Shown here piece by piece: positions 12,088-23,650 of a stretch of DNA of 64,000 nt; positions within the stretch are counted from its first letter, which is position 1; each line of letters begins with the position of its first letter. A model generated the notes under the pieces. That model saw only the letters and a program-made list of their open reading frames with translations, searched no databases and was not told the origin of the DNA. The stretch is from contig OX597825.1 of NCBI GenBank assembly GCA_951406725.2, positions 31,124,001 to 31,188,000 of the forward strand, given 5' to 3'. This DNA comes from Octopus vulgaris (taxonomy: Eukaryota). A program made the position numbers and the translations under genes.

Positions 12088-12093
<6 letters not shown>
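11293..12093 (+). mobile_element. Non-coding Penelope-pLTR/retrozyme-like element with a 5' inverted partial copy
   Basis: 11293-11420 is a perfect 128-bp reverse complement of 11561-11688. Most of 11421-11560 is the reverse complement of 11956-12093 (1 mismatch). The element contains a hammerhead and is flanked by (TA)n on both sides. Confidence 0.8.
11850..11945 (+). ncRNA. Type I hammerhead ribozyme (predicted cleavage after GUC, C11932)
   Basis: Stem I CAGATAGTTTTGG/CCAAAATAATCTG; core CTGACGA at 11863-11869; stem II GCTA/TAGC with a 43-nt loop; GAAA at 11921-11924; minimal palindromic stem III ACAATTGT; NUH triplet GTC. Confidence 0.85.
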
Positions 12094-12167
<74 letters not shown>

Positions 12168-12441
12168 ATAGATAGATAGACAGATATGTATATATATCTC
12201 TGTGTGTGTCTCCGTGTCTGTGTTTGTCCACCCATCATTGCTTCACAACCAGTGTTGGTGTGTTTATGTCCCCGTAATTTAGCAGTTCGGCAAAAGAGAA
12301 TGATAGAATAAGTACCAGGCTTAAAAAGTAAGTCCTGGGGTCGATTTATTCAAAAGATTCAAGGTGGTGCCCCAGCATAGCTGCAGTCTAAATGACTGAA
12401 AGGAGAAAAAGATAAAATATGAGTGTACATGTATATATATC

Positions 12442-12477
<36 letters not shown>

Positions 12478-12892
12478 GAGAGAGAGAGAGAGAGGGAGGG
12501 AGAGAGGGAGGGAGGGAGGGAGAGAATGAAGAAATCAAGTTGAAAATACACACAAAATTGAAATTAATTAGAATTTAATTATATTTAAAAATAAGAATAC
12601 ACTTGACCAGTTCCAAATTAGATTTTCAAAATTGTATAGTATATGGAGCTGTGTTGTGTATTATGTCTAATCTAGCCATAGTTACAAAAATAGTTTCTTT
12701 TTAAAGTAGGAATGAGGTTCAGAATGTTATCCATTAACATGCAAAATGATTACTCAATGTTCGCATATTAAGCGCATGTGGTATTTTCTTTTATGTGACC
12801 TTCTTGCACAACTGCCACATATATTCACATGTAAAACAAGATTAACAAGATATATTGTTAAATAAAGATATATGTAGCCACTCCTGCATGCA

Positions 12893-13054
12893 GGCACAGG
12901 AGTGGCTGTGTGGTAAGTAGCTTGCTAACCAACCATATGGTTCCAGGTTCAGTCCCACTGCGTGGCATCTTGGGCAAGTGTCTTCTGCTATAGCCCCGGG
13001 CCGACCAATGCCTTGTGAGTGGATTTGGTAGACGGAAACTGAAAGAAGCCTGTC

Positions 13055-13110
<56 letters not shown>

Positions 13111-13311
13111 TTGTGTGTTTCTGTTTGTCCCCCTAGCATTGCTTGACAACCGATGCTGGTGTGTTTACGTCCCCGTCACTTAGCGGTTCGGCAAAAGAGA
13201 CCGATAGAATAAGTACTAGGCTTACAAAGAATAAGTCCCGGGGTCGATTTGCTCGACTAAAGGCGGTGCTCCAGCATGGCCACAGTCAAATGACTGAAAC
13301 AAGTAAAAGAG
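12893..13311 (+). mobile_element. Full-length tRNA-derived SINE (family A)
   Basis: Head GGCACAGGAGTGGCTGTGTGGTAAG (A box) and GGTTCAGTCCC (B box), CORE-like CTTGGGCAAGTG, internal (TA)n(TG)n, 3' end CAGTCAAATGACTGAAACAAGTAAAAGAG. Partial copies lie near 10500, 20615, 24475, 45440, 47490 and 48742. Confidence 0.9.
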
Positions 13312-13439
13312 TATATATATATAAAGAACAAAAAACACTTACTGAAAGTTAGGTCTTTAGTTTTGATTGTGTCAGATTCCAATGAATGAAATAGAAGTGT
13401 CATTGAATGGTAGTGTATATTTCAACCAGAATGGAGGGA

Positions 13440-14265
13440 ATGCTTCTGGCAAAAACATATCTTTAACCCTTTAGTATTTAAACCAGCCGTATCCGGCCAA
13501 AATATTTCAACTGTTTTATGTTCAAACTGACCAGATCCAGGCTCTCACACCTACCCTACAATGTTATTCTACATTAGGTAATTACACCATCAAGATCTTG
13601 AAGATATGAGATAATGCATGATTAATTGAAATCAATGTGAATCAATAAGTATTATGTTTGATAGAATAATCTGAACACTGAAGGGTTAACATAGAACCAA
13701 ATTCCAAAGAATGGTTCTTCTATTCTAAGTCAGAAAATGTCTTCAGGCCCAAATGATTACTGACAGTCTGCAAAGCTCATGTGTAACCCTAAAAAGAAAT
13801 TTTCTCCCTCATCCAGTTTGGTATTGCTACTTCACAGTGACATCCTTGATCACATCTAGAAAAGATTCACTCACTGTGGCATAAATTCACAGACATATTC
13901 CAACCTCTGACCTACAGGCATACTACTACTCTATAATGGGGTATATTTCTTGAAGTTGGCTGGTGTGTTGTCACCTATCCCCAGGGACTCCAGGCAGACT
14001 CATTAACCCCTCTTTTCTTGAAATATGTTATATCTAAACCCAAAGCCCACACTACACTAACCACTACGCTCAGTCAGTCCTTTCACAGAAAGTCAGATTT
14101 TTGTAATTTCTCTATTACTCTTGCCTTTTTTTGCAAGCGTCAAACTTTGAAAGGTCAAGCAGAACATCAACAGCATCAATCTCACCAGTCACAGGAGATC
14201 TGCCGAAACAAGAGGCACTGTTCCTTCCACCAGATCCAAAGAGAAAAGAAGAAAAAAAAAGAAAT
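13440..14265 (+). mobile_element. Decayed LINE 3' end (CR1/Jockey-like) with A-rich tail
   Basis: Homologous in inverted orientation to 15407-16020; ends AAAGAGAAAAGAAGAAAAAAAAA; remnants such as YYSIMG...TNHYAQS resemble the ORF2 tail at 4640-4915. Confidence 0.55.
13467..13685. mobile_element. piggyBac-type MITE
   Basis: TTAA|CCCTTTAGTATTTA ... TGAACACTGAAGGG|TTAA. The paralogous LINE copy has a single TTAA at 15991-15994 (empty site). Confidence 0.88.
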
Positions 14266-15406
14266 GTGCTATGTCTCAACCAGAAATCACAAATACAATT
14301 TTCTTCATTTCAGATACAGGTACCCTCTGTCCCAATACAGAAGAGAAACTGGTTGACTTTGAGAAATATATTACTTTAAACATGATTTGTAGCACATTTT
14401 TCAATAATTTACATTCAAGTGTTTTCTAATAAGCTGGTAAATATTCATTAGCCACAAGAACCTATCAATTATTTGGTTATAGCATAAATTTCTTTCTCAC
14501 TCACTGACAATAAGCTAAGCTAAGATCAGGATATTTGAAAATGGAAAGCCTTCCCCCAATAGTTAATGATACTTGAAGAAATGGTACTTCAAGAAATATT
14601 ACAGAGAATGATTACTGGCTTTCAGTGGTGCGCCTTATTCCATATCAATGAATTCCTAGATGATGTTAACTAATTCTGACAAAGCTCAATGCCTTCAAAA
14701 GCATGTGAAGATAAGCATTTATTTTAACTTGAGCTAAGAAACATCGTATTGTGATTTTACAAGGCTGTTCCATTAGAAAGCAAATTGTTCAAAAATTCTT
14801 TCTTGCAGGTGATTTTTGTCTTCTGACAGCACTATAATTTACTTCATTTATCATATATACCTGAAAGCAACAAACAAAGTAGAATCAAATTTTAGTTTCC
14901 ATGTCTTCCATGCTTATCAAACTGAAATTAACTGATGCTAGCTCGTCAAGTCATACCAATACCATCAAAAGAATCATTCTGACATGACATAACTCAAGAT
15001 TATTTATAACTAGTGATTTATTGCAAGCGTTCTAAGATTTGTGTGAAAATGAATTATATATTTCATCATTAAATTACGAAATGCAATAAAGAAATATGCT
15101 TTTGGCAACAAATAATTGTGAAAAAAAGTGTAGAATTTCCATAAGCCTTTTAAAATTATTCTTGCCGCATTTATATATATCATTTTGTTAAGCTTTTTAA
15201 AAGATAAATATGATAAAGATAATATAAAATATAATTGAAATACATTTATAAACTTGATAAGTGTCATACAAAAACTGTCAGCCCTTGGGGCTCACTTTGT
15301 AATTTCTGCCAGTTGCAAAAAATTAAGTATATAAATATAAAATGTAAACTCTTGCATCAAGTCCTATTTATCTTGTTTGTTCTTCAAAATCTATATATAT
15401 GTTTGT

Positions 15407-16020
15407 ACATTTTCTTTCTTATTACTTTCCAGGTCTGGTAGAAGGAGGAGTGCCTGTTGCTTCTGCAGATGTGACTGATGAGCTTGATACTGTTAATGTT
15501 TTCTTTGACCTTTCAAAGTCTGACACTTGCAGGAAAGGCAAGAGTAATGGAGAAATTCTAGACATTTGATTTTCTGTGAAAGGACTGACTGAGCATAGCA
15601 ATTGATGTAGTGTAGGCCTGGGGTTTAGATATAACATATATCAAGAATAGAGGGGAGATAAATCTGCCTGGAGTCCCTGGAGGGTAGATGACACCACACC
15701 AGTCAACTTTAAGAAATAGAAGTAGTAATAACGGTAGAGAGAGAAACCAGCATGCCTGTAGACCAGAGGTTGGAACATGCTTGTCAGTAATTTATGCCAC
15801 ATTGAGTGAGCCTTTTCTAGATGTGATGTAGGGTGTCACTGTGAAGCAGTAACCCCAGGCAAGGTGTGGAAGCAATATTCTTTTTAGGGCTTCACATGAG
15901 TTTTGCAAACTGTCAATAATCATTTAGGACTGAAGTTATTTTCTGACTCAGAAGAGAAGGGCCAGTCCTTGTGAAGTTGTCCTAACTATGTTAAGGATGT
16001 GTTTTTGCCAGAAAAGTTCC
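15407..16020 (-). mobile_element. Second copy of the same LINE 3' end, inverted
   Basis: TCTGCCTGGAGTCCCTGG, TTTCTGTGAAAGGACTGACTGAGC and TTTTCTAGATGTGAT are reverse complements of blocks in 13850-14100. Confidence 0.6.
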
Positions 16021-16263
16021 AGCACAGATTTTTTATGGTGAGGTGGTGTGTAATTATGCCTCAGCTCCTGCTTGGAGCTTACAGGCATAACACCTTCCTC
16101 AGCACACATGCCATTCCAAGCATCACAACTTACATTATCATCCCCAAAAGGATGAAAAGCAAAGACAACATCAGCAGAATTTGAAGTCAGAATGTAAAAC
16201 CAGAAGAAATAGTCCTAAGCTCTTGATCTGCTTTGCTAACCATTCTGCCAGCTCACAGCCATA

Positions 16264-16297
<34 letters not shown>

Positions 16298-17375
16298 CTT
16301 TCACCCTAATCCCTATAAAAATTTGAAACCATTACTATTATTGTTATTGCTGTGGTGGTGGTGGTGGTTGGTGTAGAAGGAGGCGGCAGCAGTGGCAACA
16401 TTGCATCATGATGATGATGAGGATGAGGAGAATGGTGATGATGATGATGATGATGAGGAGGAGGAGGAGGGGAGGAGGAGGGGGAGGAGGAAAAGGAGGA
16501 GGAGGATAATTCTGAAGCCTCACCACCTCCAGCAGAGAAGATTTCAGTGTAAAAGCATAACAGCCAGATGAACAAAAATACACAGGAAATTCAATGAATG
16601 ATTTGCAAACAAAGAAGCAAAGTCTCTCTTTCTTCTTCTCTATCTTTTCCTCTCTCACTCTCTCTCTCTCTCTCTCTCCTTTCTTCCTCTCTACTTCATT
16701 CTCCTTGTTTTCCTCTCTCACCCTTCCTCTAAAAAAGAACAAGTGCTGAATAAAGCATACATAAGAAATATGGTAGTGTATGACAGGTAGAACTGGGTAT
16801 TGGCTGGAAGATCTGCAAGAGACCAAAGAGAAACGAACTAAGTGTCAGGTATTCAATGTGTAATGTTAACTTGGATGAAAAACAGAGAACAAGAGAGGGG
16901 GAGGGGGAGGAGAGAAAGAGAAAAACAGGCGTAGAGACAAAGAGGGGGAGGAGAGAAAGAAGATTCAGATATTAAAAGCCTAATTCTATTTATGCAACAC
17001 AGATAACTCTGTCGATATGGACAGGTGAACCAAACAAAAAATAACAATGAAAAAGCGAAAAAAATTGGCTTATGCTAATAACAGCAGGTATCCACAGTAG
17101 TGGAAGGTATCCATGGCAGGAAAAGACCACAAAGATGTTAAAAATGATGGAATCAAGTCTAAGAATGCCTTTGGTTTCACAGACAGTATCAAGATGAATG
17201 TAGATGTATCATGTAGTTAGTTGATCAGTTCAACCTATGTCAAGTTCGATAATCAGATGCTATAACAATAAGGTTGTAGTGTCAGAACGACTTTAGAACA
17301 AGAGTTTGGCCATTTGGGTACTTTTTATTTAAAGTGTGTCCTATTTAACATCCTGTTATCCTATTGCATAAGTAT

Positions 17376-17662
17376 ATGTGGAAGTCATTAGAGCAGCGGA
17401 CTTGCGGTCGAGGGATCGTGGGTTCAAATCTCAGATCGGGTAATGTGTGTGTTTATGAGCGAAACACCTAAGCTCCACACGGCTCCAGCAGAAAGTAATG
17501 GCATACTTCTGCTGACTCTTTTGCCACAACTTTCTCTCATTCTTTCCTCCTGCATCTTGCAGCTCACCTGCGACAGACCGGCGCCCCATCCAGGTGAGGA
17601 ACCTATTCATCAAGGAAACCGGGAAACCAGTTTATGAGCCAGGCATGGCTCGAGAAGGAACA
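17376..17662 (+). mobile_element. tRNA-derived SINE with V/Meta-like domain and 13-bp TSD
   Basis: TTAGAGCAGCGGACTTGCGGTC...GGGTTCAAATCTC (tRNA-like head) and CCTGCGACAGACCGGCGCCCCATCCAGG. TSD ATTGCATAAGTAT lies at 17363-17375 and 17663-17675. Confidence 0.82.
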
Positions 17663-19590
17663 ATTGCATAAGTATCATTTTGATCAGATTTACATACCCA
17701 TATCATTTCTTTTCCTATCACACATGCCTGTCATCACTATCATATATGCCCCTATTACTTAAGCTTCTCACTCTCTAAAGAAACTGGCAAGTGCACAGAG
17801 ATGTGGGCTCATGAGGACCCTTCAGCTATGTCAATGACAAAGCTACCTCTCCGGACTCAATGTCATGAAAAACACTGAGTTAGCAGACTCTGTAAAGTGT
17901 GAGACTGTGAGGACATTTAAGACTTGTCAAGTTTCCTTAATGCTGTCACATGAGAGAACTACCATCTAAAGTGGTTAGAACTAAGAAGCTCTTTCAGACA
18001 TAGGAACAATGCTAAAGGTGAAATACAGGTGAGATGTGTTTCCTTGACCAGTCTAAATAAGCATACAACCCCAGTACATGTTCACTTAGAACACAGTGGC
18101 TTGTCAAGCTCAAACCAAGATGGAATCAGTAAAAAAAGCAATAACATTGGTGATGATTTTTCCCTTCTATTTTAATATCCATATTCAATGGTAGCATGGA
18201 CTGAAAGATATTACAGGGCCCAGAGGGTCCAAAGACTACACTGTGCTCCAGTGTTTACTTTGGCACAGTTTCTACAGCTGGATATTCCTCCTAATACCAA
18301 CCATTTTACAGTGTGTAATATACACTCACCAAAATCTCCAAGGCAAGGACAGAATTTTGAAAATTATTTTCTAATATAGACATTGCAAAAGAAAATTTTT
18401 TAAATCCAAAGCAAACAGGCAAACAGACAAAAAGAAGAAAAAACAAAATACATCCATCTTGTTGAATTCGGGTCTGCAAGCATATGCCCCAATTTCACTT
18501 CTGTTAGTATGAGTCAATGAAGAAGCTTCTACAACAGATATGGGTAAACATTTTTCAGAATGGGCCACATGAGACATTTCTCGTCATCAGGCAGGCTGCA
18601 TTATTAAAAACAATTCCAGGTAATTTTTTTGTTAGGCTGTTCAGAAGGTCCTATGAGCCACAGGCTACCCATCACTACTCTAAAGTGTCACTTCACTTGC
18701 TAAAAATAGCAACCAAAGCATCCTCAAACCACATCCTACCATTTTTTAAACAACATCAATAAAGGTCATAATGGGTAATATAATCCTGGATAAAGTGGCC
18801 AGAATAAACAGAGGATACCCAAAACTGGTGTCTTTTGAAAACAGGTTTTCTTGATCAGAGCTAACCAACAGCAACAACAGCAATAAAAACATCTGTTATA
18901 ACATCATCCACAATAACATTTTTACATCTACAGAAGTTGTTATTCATGGTATAGACTAGCAAGGACAGCAGATGACTGACAATATATGAAACAAATCTCT
19001 ACAAAAAACCCTTATTTCCAACATCAAACTTTACACAAATCTTTAATATGGTTGTGATGAAGGTTAGGAAAATGATAGCAGAGAGAGAGAAGGAGAGACA
19101 GTGAGAGAGAGAGAGACAGAGACAGACAGACAGAGAGACAGAGACAGAGAGAGACAGAGAGAGAAGGAAAAACAGAGAGAGACAGAAAAGAGAGAGAGAA
19201 GGGAAAAGAGAGAGAGAAGGAAAAAGAGAGAGAAGTGGGAGTTTGTTTGTTTGCTGATGTTGTTTGTTTCTGTGTTTTTGCATTATTTCTATCCATTTCT
19301 CCTTCATTCCTTCTTTTCTTCCTCCTCTGGAAAGTTCTACTATGAAGGAATTGTTGCAAGATGTCACATATAGAGGTTCATTAGTGTTAAACACCAACAC
19401 ATGACAGCCAAGTCTTTCAGTTCTTACCAGCAGTGGATAGTAGTTTCCTTAGCACTTACACACACACACACACACACATGCATATATATAATCATCACTA
19501 TTTTAATGTCCACTTTTCCACGATGGCATGGGTTGCACTGAGTTCCTTGATGCAGATTTCCTACAGCTGGGTGTGTATATAATAATGATG

Positions 19591-19647
<57 letters not shown>

Positions 19648-20382
19648 TTAGGGAGTATAACTCCAAACTTACAGGGAAAAATTCAATTTAGTATTAAATC
19701 AAATTTCACAATATAATTATATAAAATATAAATTAGAGATAAAACCACTATTATGCAATTCAAACAATGATAGACATAGGGTAAAGACCCCCTTCGGTCA
19801 TGAATGACCATGGGATTGCACCTAGAAAGTTACCCTCCTAGACACAAGTCCGGGCAAGGTTGTTTATGGAAGACCAGCAGTCGCCCATGCATACCAGCCT
19901 CCCCTCTCCACGCCACCAGTGTTATCCAAGGGGAAAGACAAAGGTCGATACAGCCTGGCACCAGTGACGTCGCAACTCATTTCTACAGCTGAGTGAACTG
20001 GAGCAACGTGAAATAAAGTGCCTTGCTCAAGAACACAACACGCAGCCTGATCCGGGATTCGAGCTCACAACCTCACGATCGTAAGCTCGACGCTCTAACC
20101 ACTGAGCCATAACATAAATAACAAATAAAATATATTTTAATAAAACATATAACTAGATCACAAAAAGTATAAAACTGGTTAATCAATATATAATAATTAA
20201 TAAGTAATAAGGAATATATAATAAGTATTAAGTATTACTTATCATATATTGATTATTTATTTTTATACTTTTTGTGATCTAGTTATATGTGTTATTAAAA
20301 TATATATTATTTGTTATTTATGTTTTGGTTTATGTCTATCATTGTTTGAATTACATAATAGTGGTTTTACCTCTAATTTATA

Positions 20383-20385
<3 letters not shown>
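19648..20385. repeat. AT-rich fold-back element between (TAA)n and (TA)n, interrupted by a SINE
   Basis: 19724-19778 plus 20111-20200 is the reverse complement of about 20230-20385. Confidence 0.8.
19779..20110 (-). mobile_element. tRNA(Arg)-like-headed SINE with Meta-like domain
   Basis: The minus strand reads ATGGCTCAGTGGTTAGAGCGTCGAGCTTACGATCGTGAGGTTGTGAGCTCGAATCCCGG, then TTCTTGAGCAAGGCACTTTA. An internally deleted copy lies at 30296-30483. Confidence 0.88.
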
Positions 20386-20421
<36 letters not shown>

Positions 20422-20483
20422 GGTATGTATATGCATATACACACATATATATATATGTATATGTATATATATATATATGTATA

Positions 20484-20530
<47 letters not shown>

Positions 20531-20545
20531 ATGTATATATATGTA

Positions 20546-20618
<73 letters not shown>

Positions 20619-22168
20619 GCTTCTTTCAGTTTCTGTCTACCAAATGCATCACAAGGCTTCGGTCAGTGTGGGGCTACAGGTGAAAGTTACTTGCCTAAGG
20701 TGTCATGCAGTGGGACTGAACCAAGAATCATTTGGTTGGGAAGTAAACTTCTTACTACAGAGACACAGCTACACCTATATCACAGATATATTATTTTTAT
20801 ATGTAATTATATAACTGCTTCTTCCTTTCCCTTCATTTAGTGAAATATCATTTTATATGTATAATACTGATAAGGATTATATATGCATTTGATATTAACT
20901 GTTGGGGTGGTTATGGGGAAGAGTACTCAATACGATGATAGAGATTAATTATATTTTATTTCAGTCAGGTTAGTCTGTTGCTACTCTGAGGTTCACATGT
21001 AGGTGCACAGGATCTTCAGGACAGTTGTGACTGGAAAATTGATGAGGTTTGCACATTTATATATGGTTTTATAATCATAGAGAGTGATGATGGGGAGAAG
21101 GTATGATAAGGAGGGGTAAGGAAAGAGGAATGGAAAAATAGGAAAAAAGGAGCAACAGAAAGAAAATGACAAAAAAAAAATAATAAAGGAGGGAAATGGA
21201 AGAAAAGGAGGAAAAGAAATAGGTAAAGAAGAGAATGGGGAGTGAAAAAAAGGAAAGGAAATATAGAAAAGAACAGAAAAAAGGAAGAAGCGAGGGAAAA
21301 AACAGGAACAAAGAAACAAGAAATAGAAAAAAATGTGAAGAGAGATCAGGTGTTTGAAGAATTCAATTTGGAATAGCAGCTGAAGATGAACTCATAGAAT
21401 TAATGAATGGAAAATAAAAAGTAAAAGTAACATGGCCCTTAGAATGGCAGGAGAGATGAATTAGAAGGATGGACAAAATAGCAAAGTTGTATACATAATA
21501 TTACAAAAAAGTTTAGGGATAAATGAAGATTGAGAGGGTGGGTGGGGTGATGAAAGTGTTGAAAAATACTGATAAATAAGACAATTAAAAAGGAAAGGAT
21601 ATCAAAACAAATTCCAATAAAATAGAATAGAAACAGTTCCTGGTGCTCCCACACTGTTGAATATGCAATCCACATTACCCCTGGATATCTAGCCCTGGCT
21701 TGTCTCTGGATCATACCGATAAGATGGAAAGAGTCTGTGAGATATTGTGCAAGCCTTATTGGACGTAAAATTTTAGGTTACACAATTTCCAGCAAGGTGA
21801 CTTTCTGATGCCCAGTAAAAATTGGATAATTTCAGATGGATGGACAACTGAACTGTATATTCATGCGTATATATGTATATACATGTGCATTTACATGAGT
21901 ATTCATATGTTTATGCATATATATATGTAATTAAGTACAATTAATACTATATTTCATTGACAATGACAAAGTATAGTTTTGTACAGAGCCAGAAACACAG
22001 GGTCTGATATTATCCAATTTTTACTGGTTTTATTTGCCTATTTGTCCTTTAACTTTGTGCTGAATTGAATGGTTGATGTGGTCTTAGAGTCAGGTTTTGA
22101 CTGCTATTTCAAGCATGGTGGTATCTCATAGATACCCTTATTTATAATTTTCAGGCATATATACATAC

Positions 22169-22217
<49 letters not shown>

Positions 22218-22664
22218 CATATACACACATACATGCATACATGCATACATACATACACACATACATACATACATACATACATACATACATACAAACATGC
22301 ATACATATATTTATATTTATATATAACCGAAAGGGAGAAGCATAGTTGTCACTAAAGTGACCGAGGGTGCTATATACACATACACACATATATCTATATT
22401 TATATGTATGTATACTTTTTTATGACGGTATTTTTCCTCCGTCAGGGGAAGTTTATCTGAATATTATAAGTAAGCTTCTATGTAGCTGCTTCTATTCAAT
22501 ACATTAATCAAATCTCTCCTAAGAAACTTTCTAATATATTTAAGCTTTCTGATACAATGCATCAGACTGCCTCTAGTCCTTAAGATATAACAACCAGCTG
22601 CTTTGAAGTATTTACATCGAAATTAAAGGATCACCTCAATATTTTATGTAAGAAAATTTTTACA

Positions 22665-22902
22665 TGTCCCAAGAGGCCTTGGTCTCAAGACCACTCATGT
22701 CTAGAAACTGAGGATGGGGATAAGCAAAGGCATGCTCCTGGTAGAAAATCCAGCTCCAAAAACGTCTCAGGATAGCAAAGGGGAATGAGCATCAGCCGGC
22801 CCAAAGGTTGGGGTGGGCTGCACCTGCCTTCCTTGGTTGCTATGGCATTGAGGTAGATCCTTCCACAGGGACAAAACCTGGATCTAAAACATTGGATGAT
22901 GA

Positions 22903-22936
<34 letters not shown>

Positions 22937-22950
22937 GGTGGTGATGGTGG
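22665..22950 (+). mobile_element. GC-richer SINE-like 3' fragment with (GAT)n(GGT)n tail
   Basis: AAGGGCATGCTCCTGGTAGAAAATCCAGCTCC resembles the AAGGGCATCCAGCTGTAGAAA block of the RTE-tailed family; it ends in (GAT)n. Confidence 0.45.
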
Positions 22951-22951
22951 T

Positions 22952-23650
22952 GAAGAAGAAGAAGAAGAAGAAGAAGAAGAAGAAGAAGAAGAAGAAGAAC
23001 GGAAGAAGAAGGAGAAGGAGAAGGAGAAGAAGAAGAAGAAGAAGAAGAAGAAGAAGAAGAAGAAGAAGAAGAAGAAGAAGAAGAAGAAGAAGAAGAAGAA
23101 GAAGAAGAAGAAGAAGAAGAAGAAGAAGAAGAAGAAGAAGAAGAAGAAGAAGAAGAAGAAGAAGAAGAAGAAGAAGAGAGAAGAAGAAGAAGAAGAAGAA
23201 GAAGAAGAAGAAGAAGAAGAAGAAGAAGAAGAAGAAGAAGAAGAAGAAGAAGAAGAAGAAGAAGAAAGAAGAAGAAGAAGAAGAGAAGGAGAAGGAGAAG
23301 GAGAAGAAGAAGAAGAAGAAGAAGAAGAAGAAGAAGAAGAAGAAGAAGAAGAAGAAGAAGAAGAAGAAGAAGAAGAAGAAGAAGAAGAAGAAGAAGAAGA
23401 AGAAGAAGAAGAAGAAGAAGAAGAAGAAGAAGAAGAAGAAGAAGAAGAAGAAGAAGAAGAAGAAGAAGAAGAAGAAGAAGAAGAAGAAGAAGAAAGAAGA
23501 AGAAGAAGAACGGAAGAAGAAGAAGAACAAGAAGAAGAAGAAGAAGAAGAAGAAGAAGAAGAAGAAGAAGAAGAAGAAGAAGAAGAAGAAGAAGAAGAAG
23601 AAGAAGAAGAAGAAGAAGAAGAAGAAGAAGAAGAAGAAGAAGAAGAAGAA
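22952..23650 (+). repeat. ~700-bp (GAA)n tract with few interruptions
   Basis: Visible directly. Confidence 0.97.

Larger units (their letters stand above)
10896..12415 (+). mobile_element. Family A SINE split by insertions into its internal (TA)n
   Basis: The 5' half GGTGCAGGAGTGGCTGTGTAGTAAG...AAAGAAGCCC lies at 10896-11058. The 3' half TGTGTTTGTCC...CCCCAGCATAGCTGCAGTCTAAATGACTGAAAG lies at about 12200-12415. Confidence 0.8.

Noticed and set aside
15410-15570. Strong-looking splice acceptor followed by a short open frame
   Set aside because: The pyrimidine tract is the antisense A-rich tail of the LINE copy, and the frame ends in a stop.
20045-20110. tRNA-Arg-like sequence on the minus strand (also 17388-17450 and the family A heads)
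   Set aside because: It continues directly into a SINE body and lacks a complete acceptor stem; it is a SINE head, not a tRNA gene.
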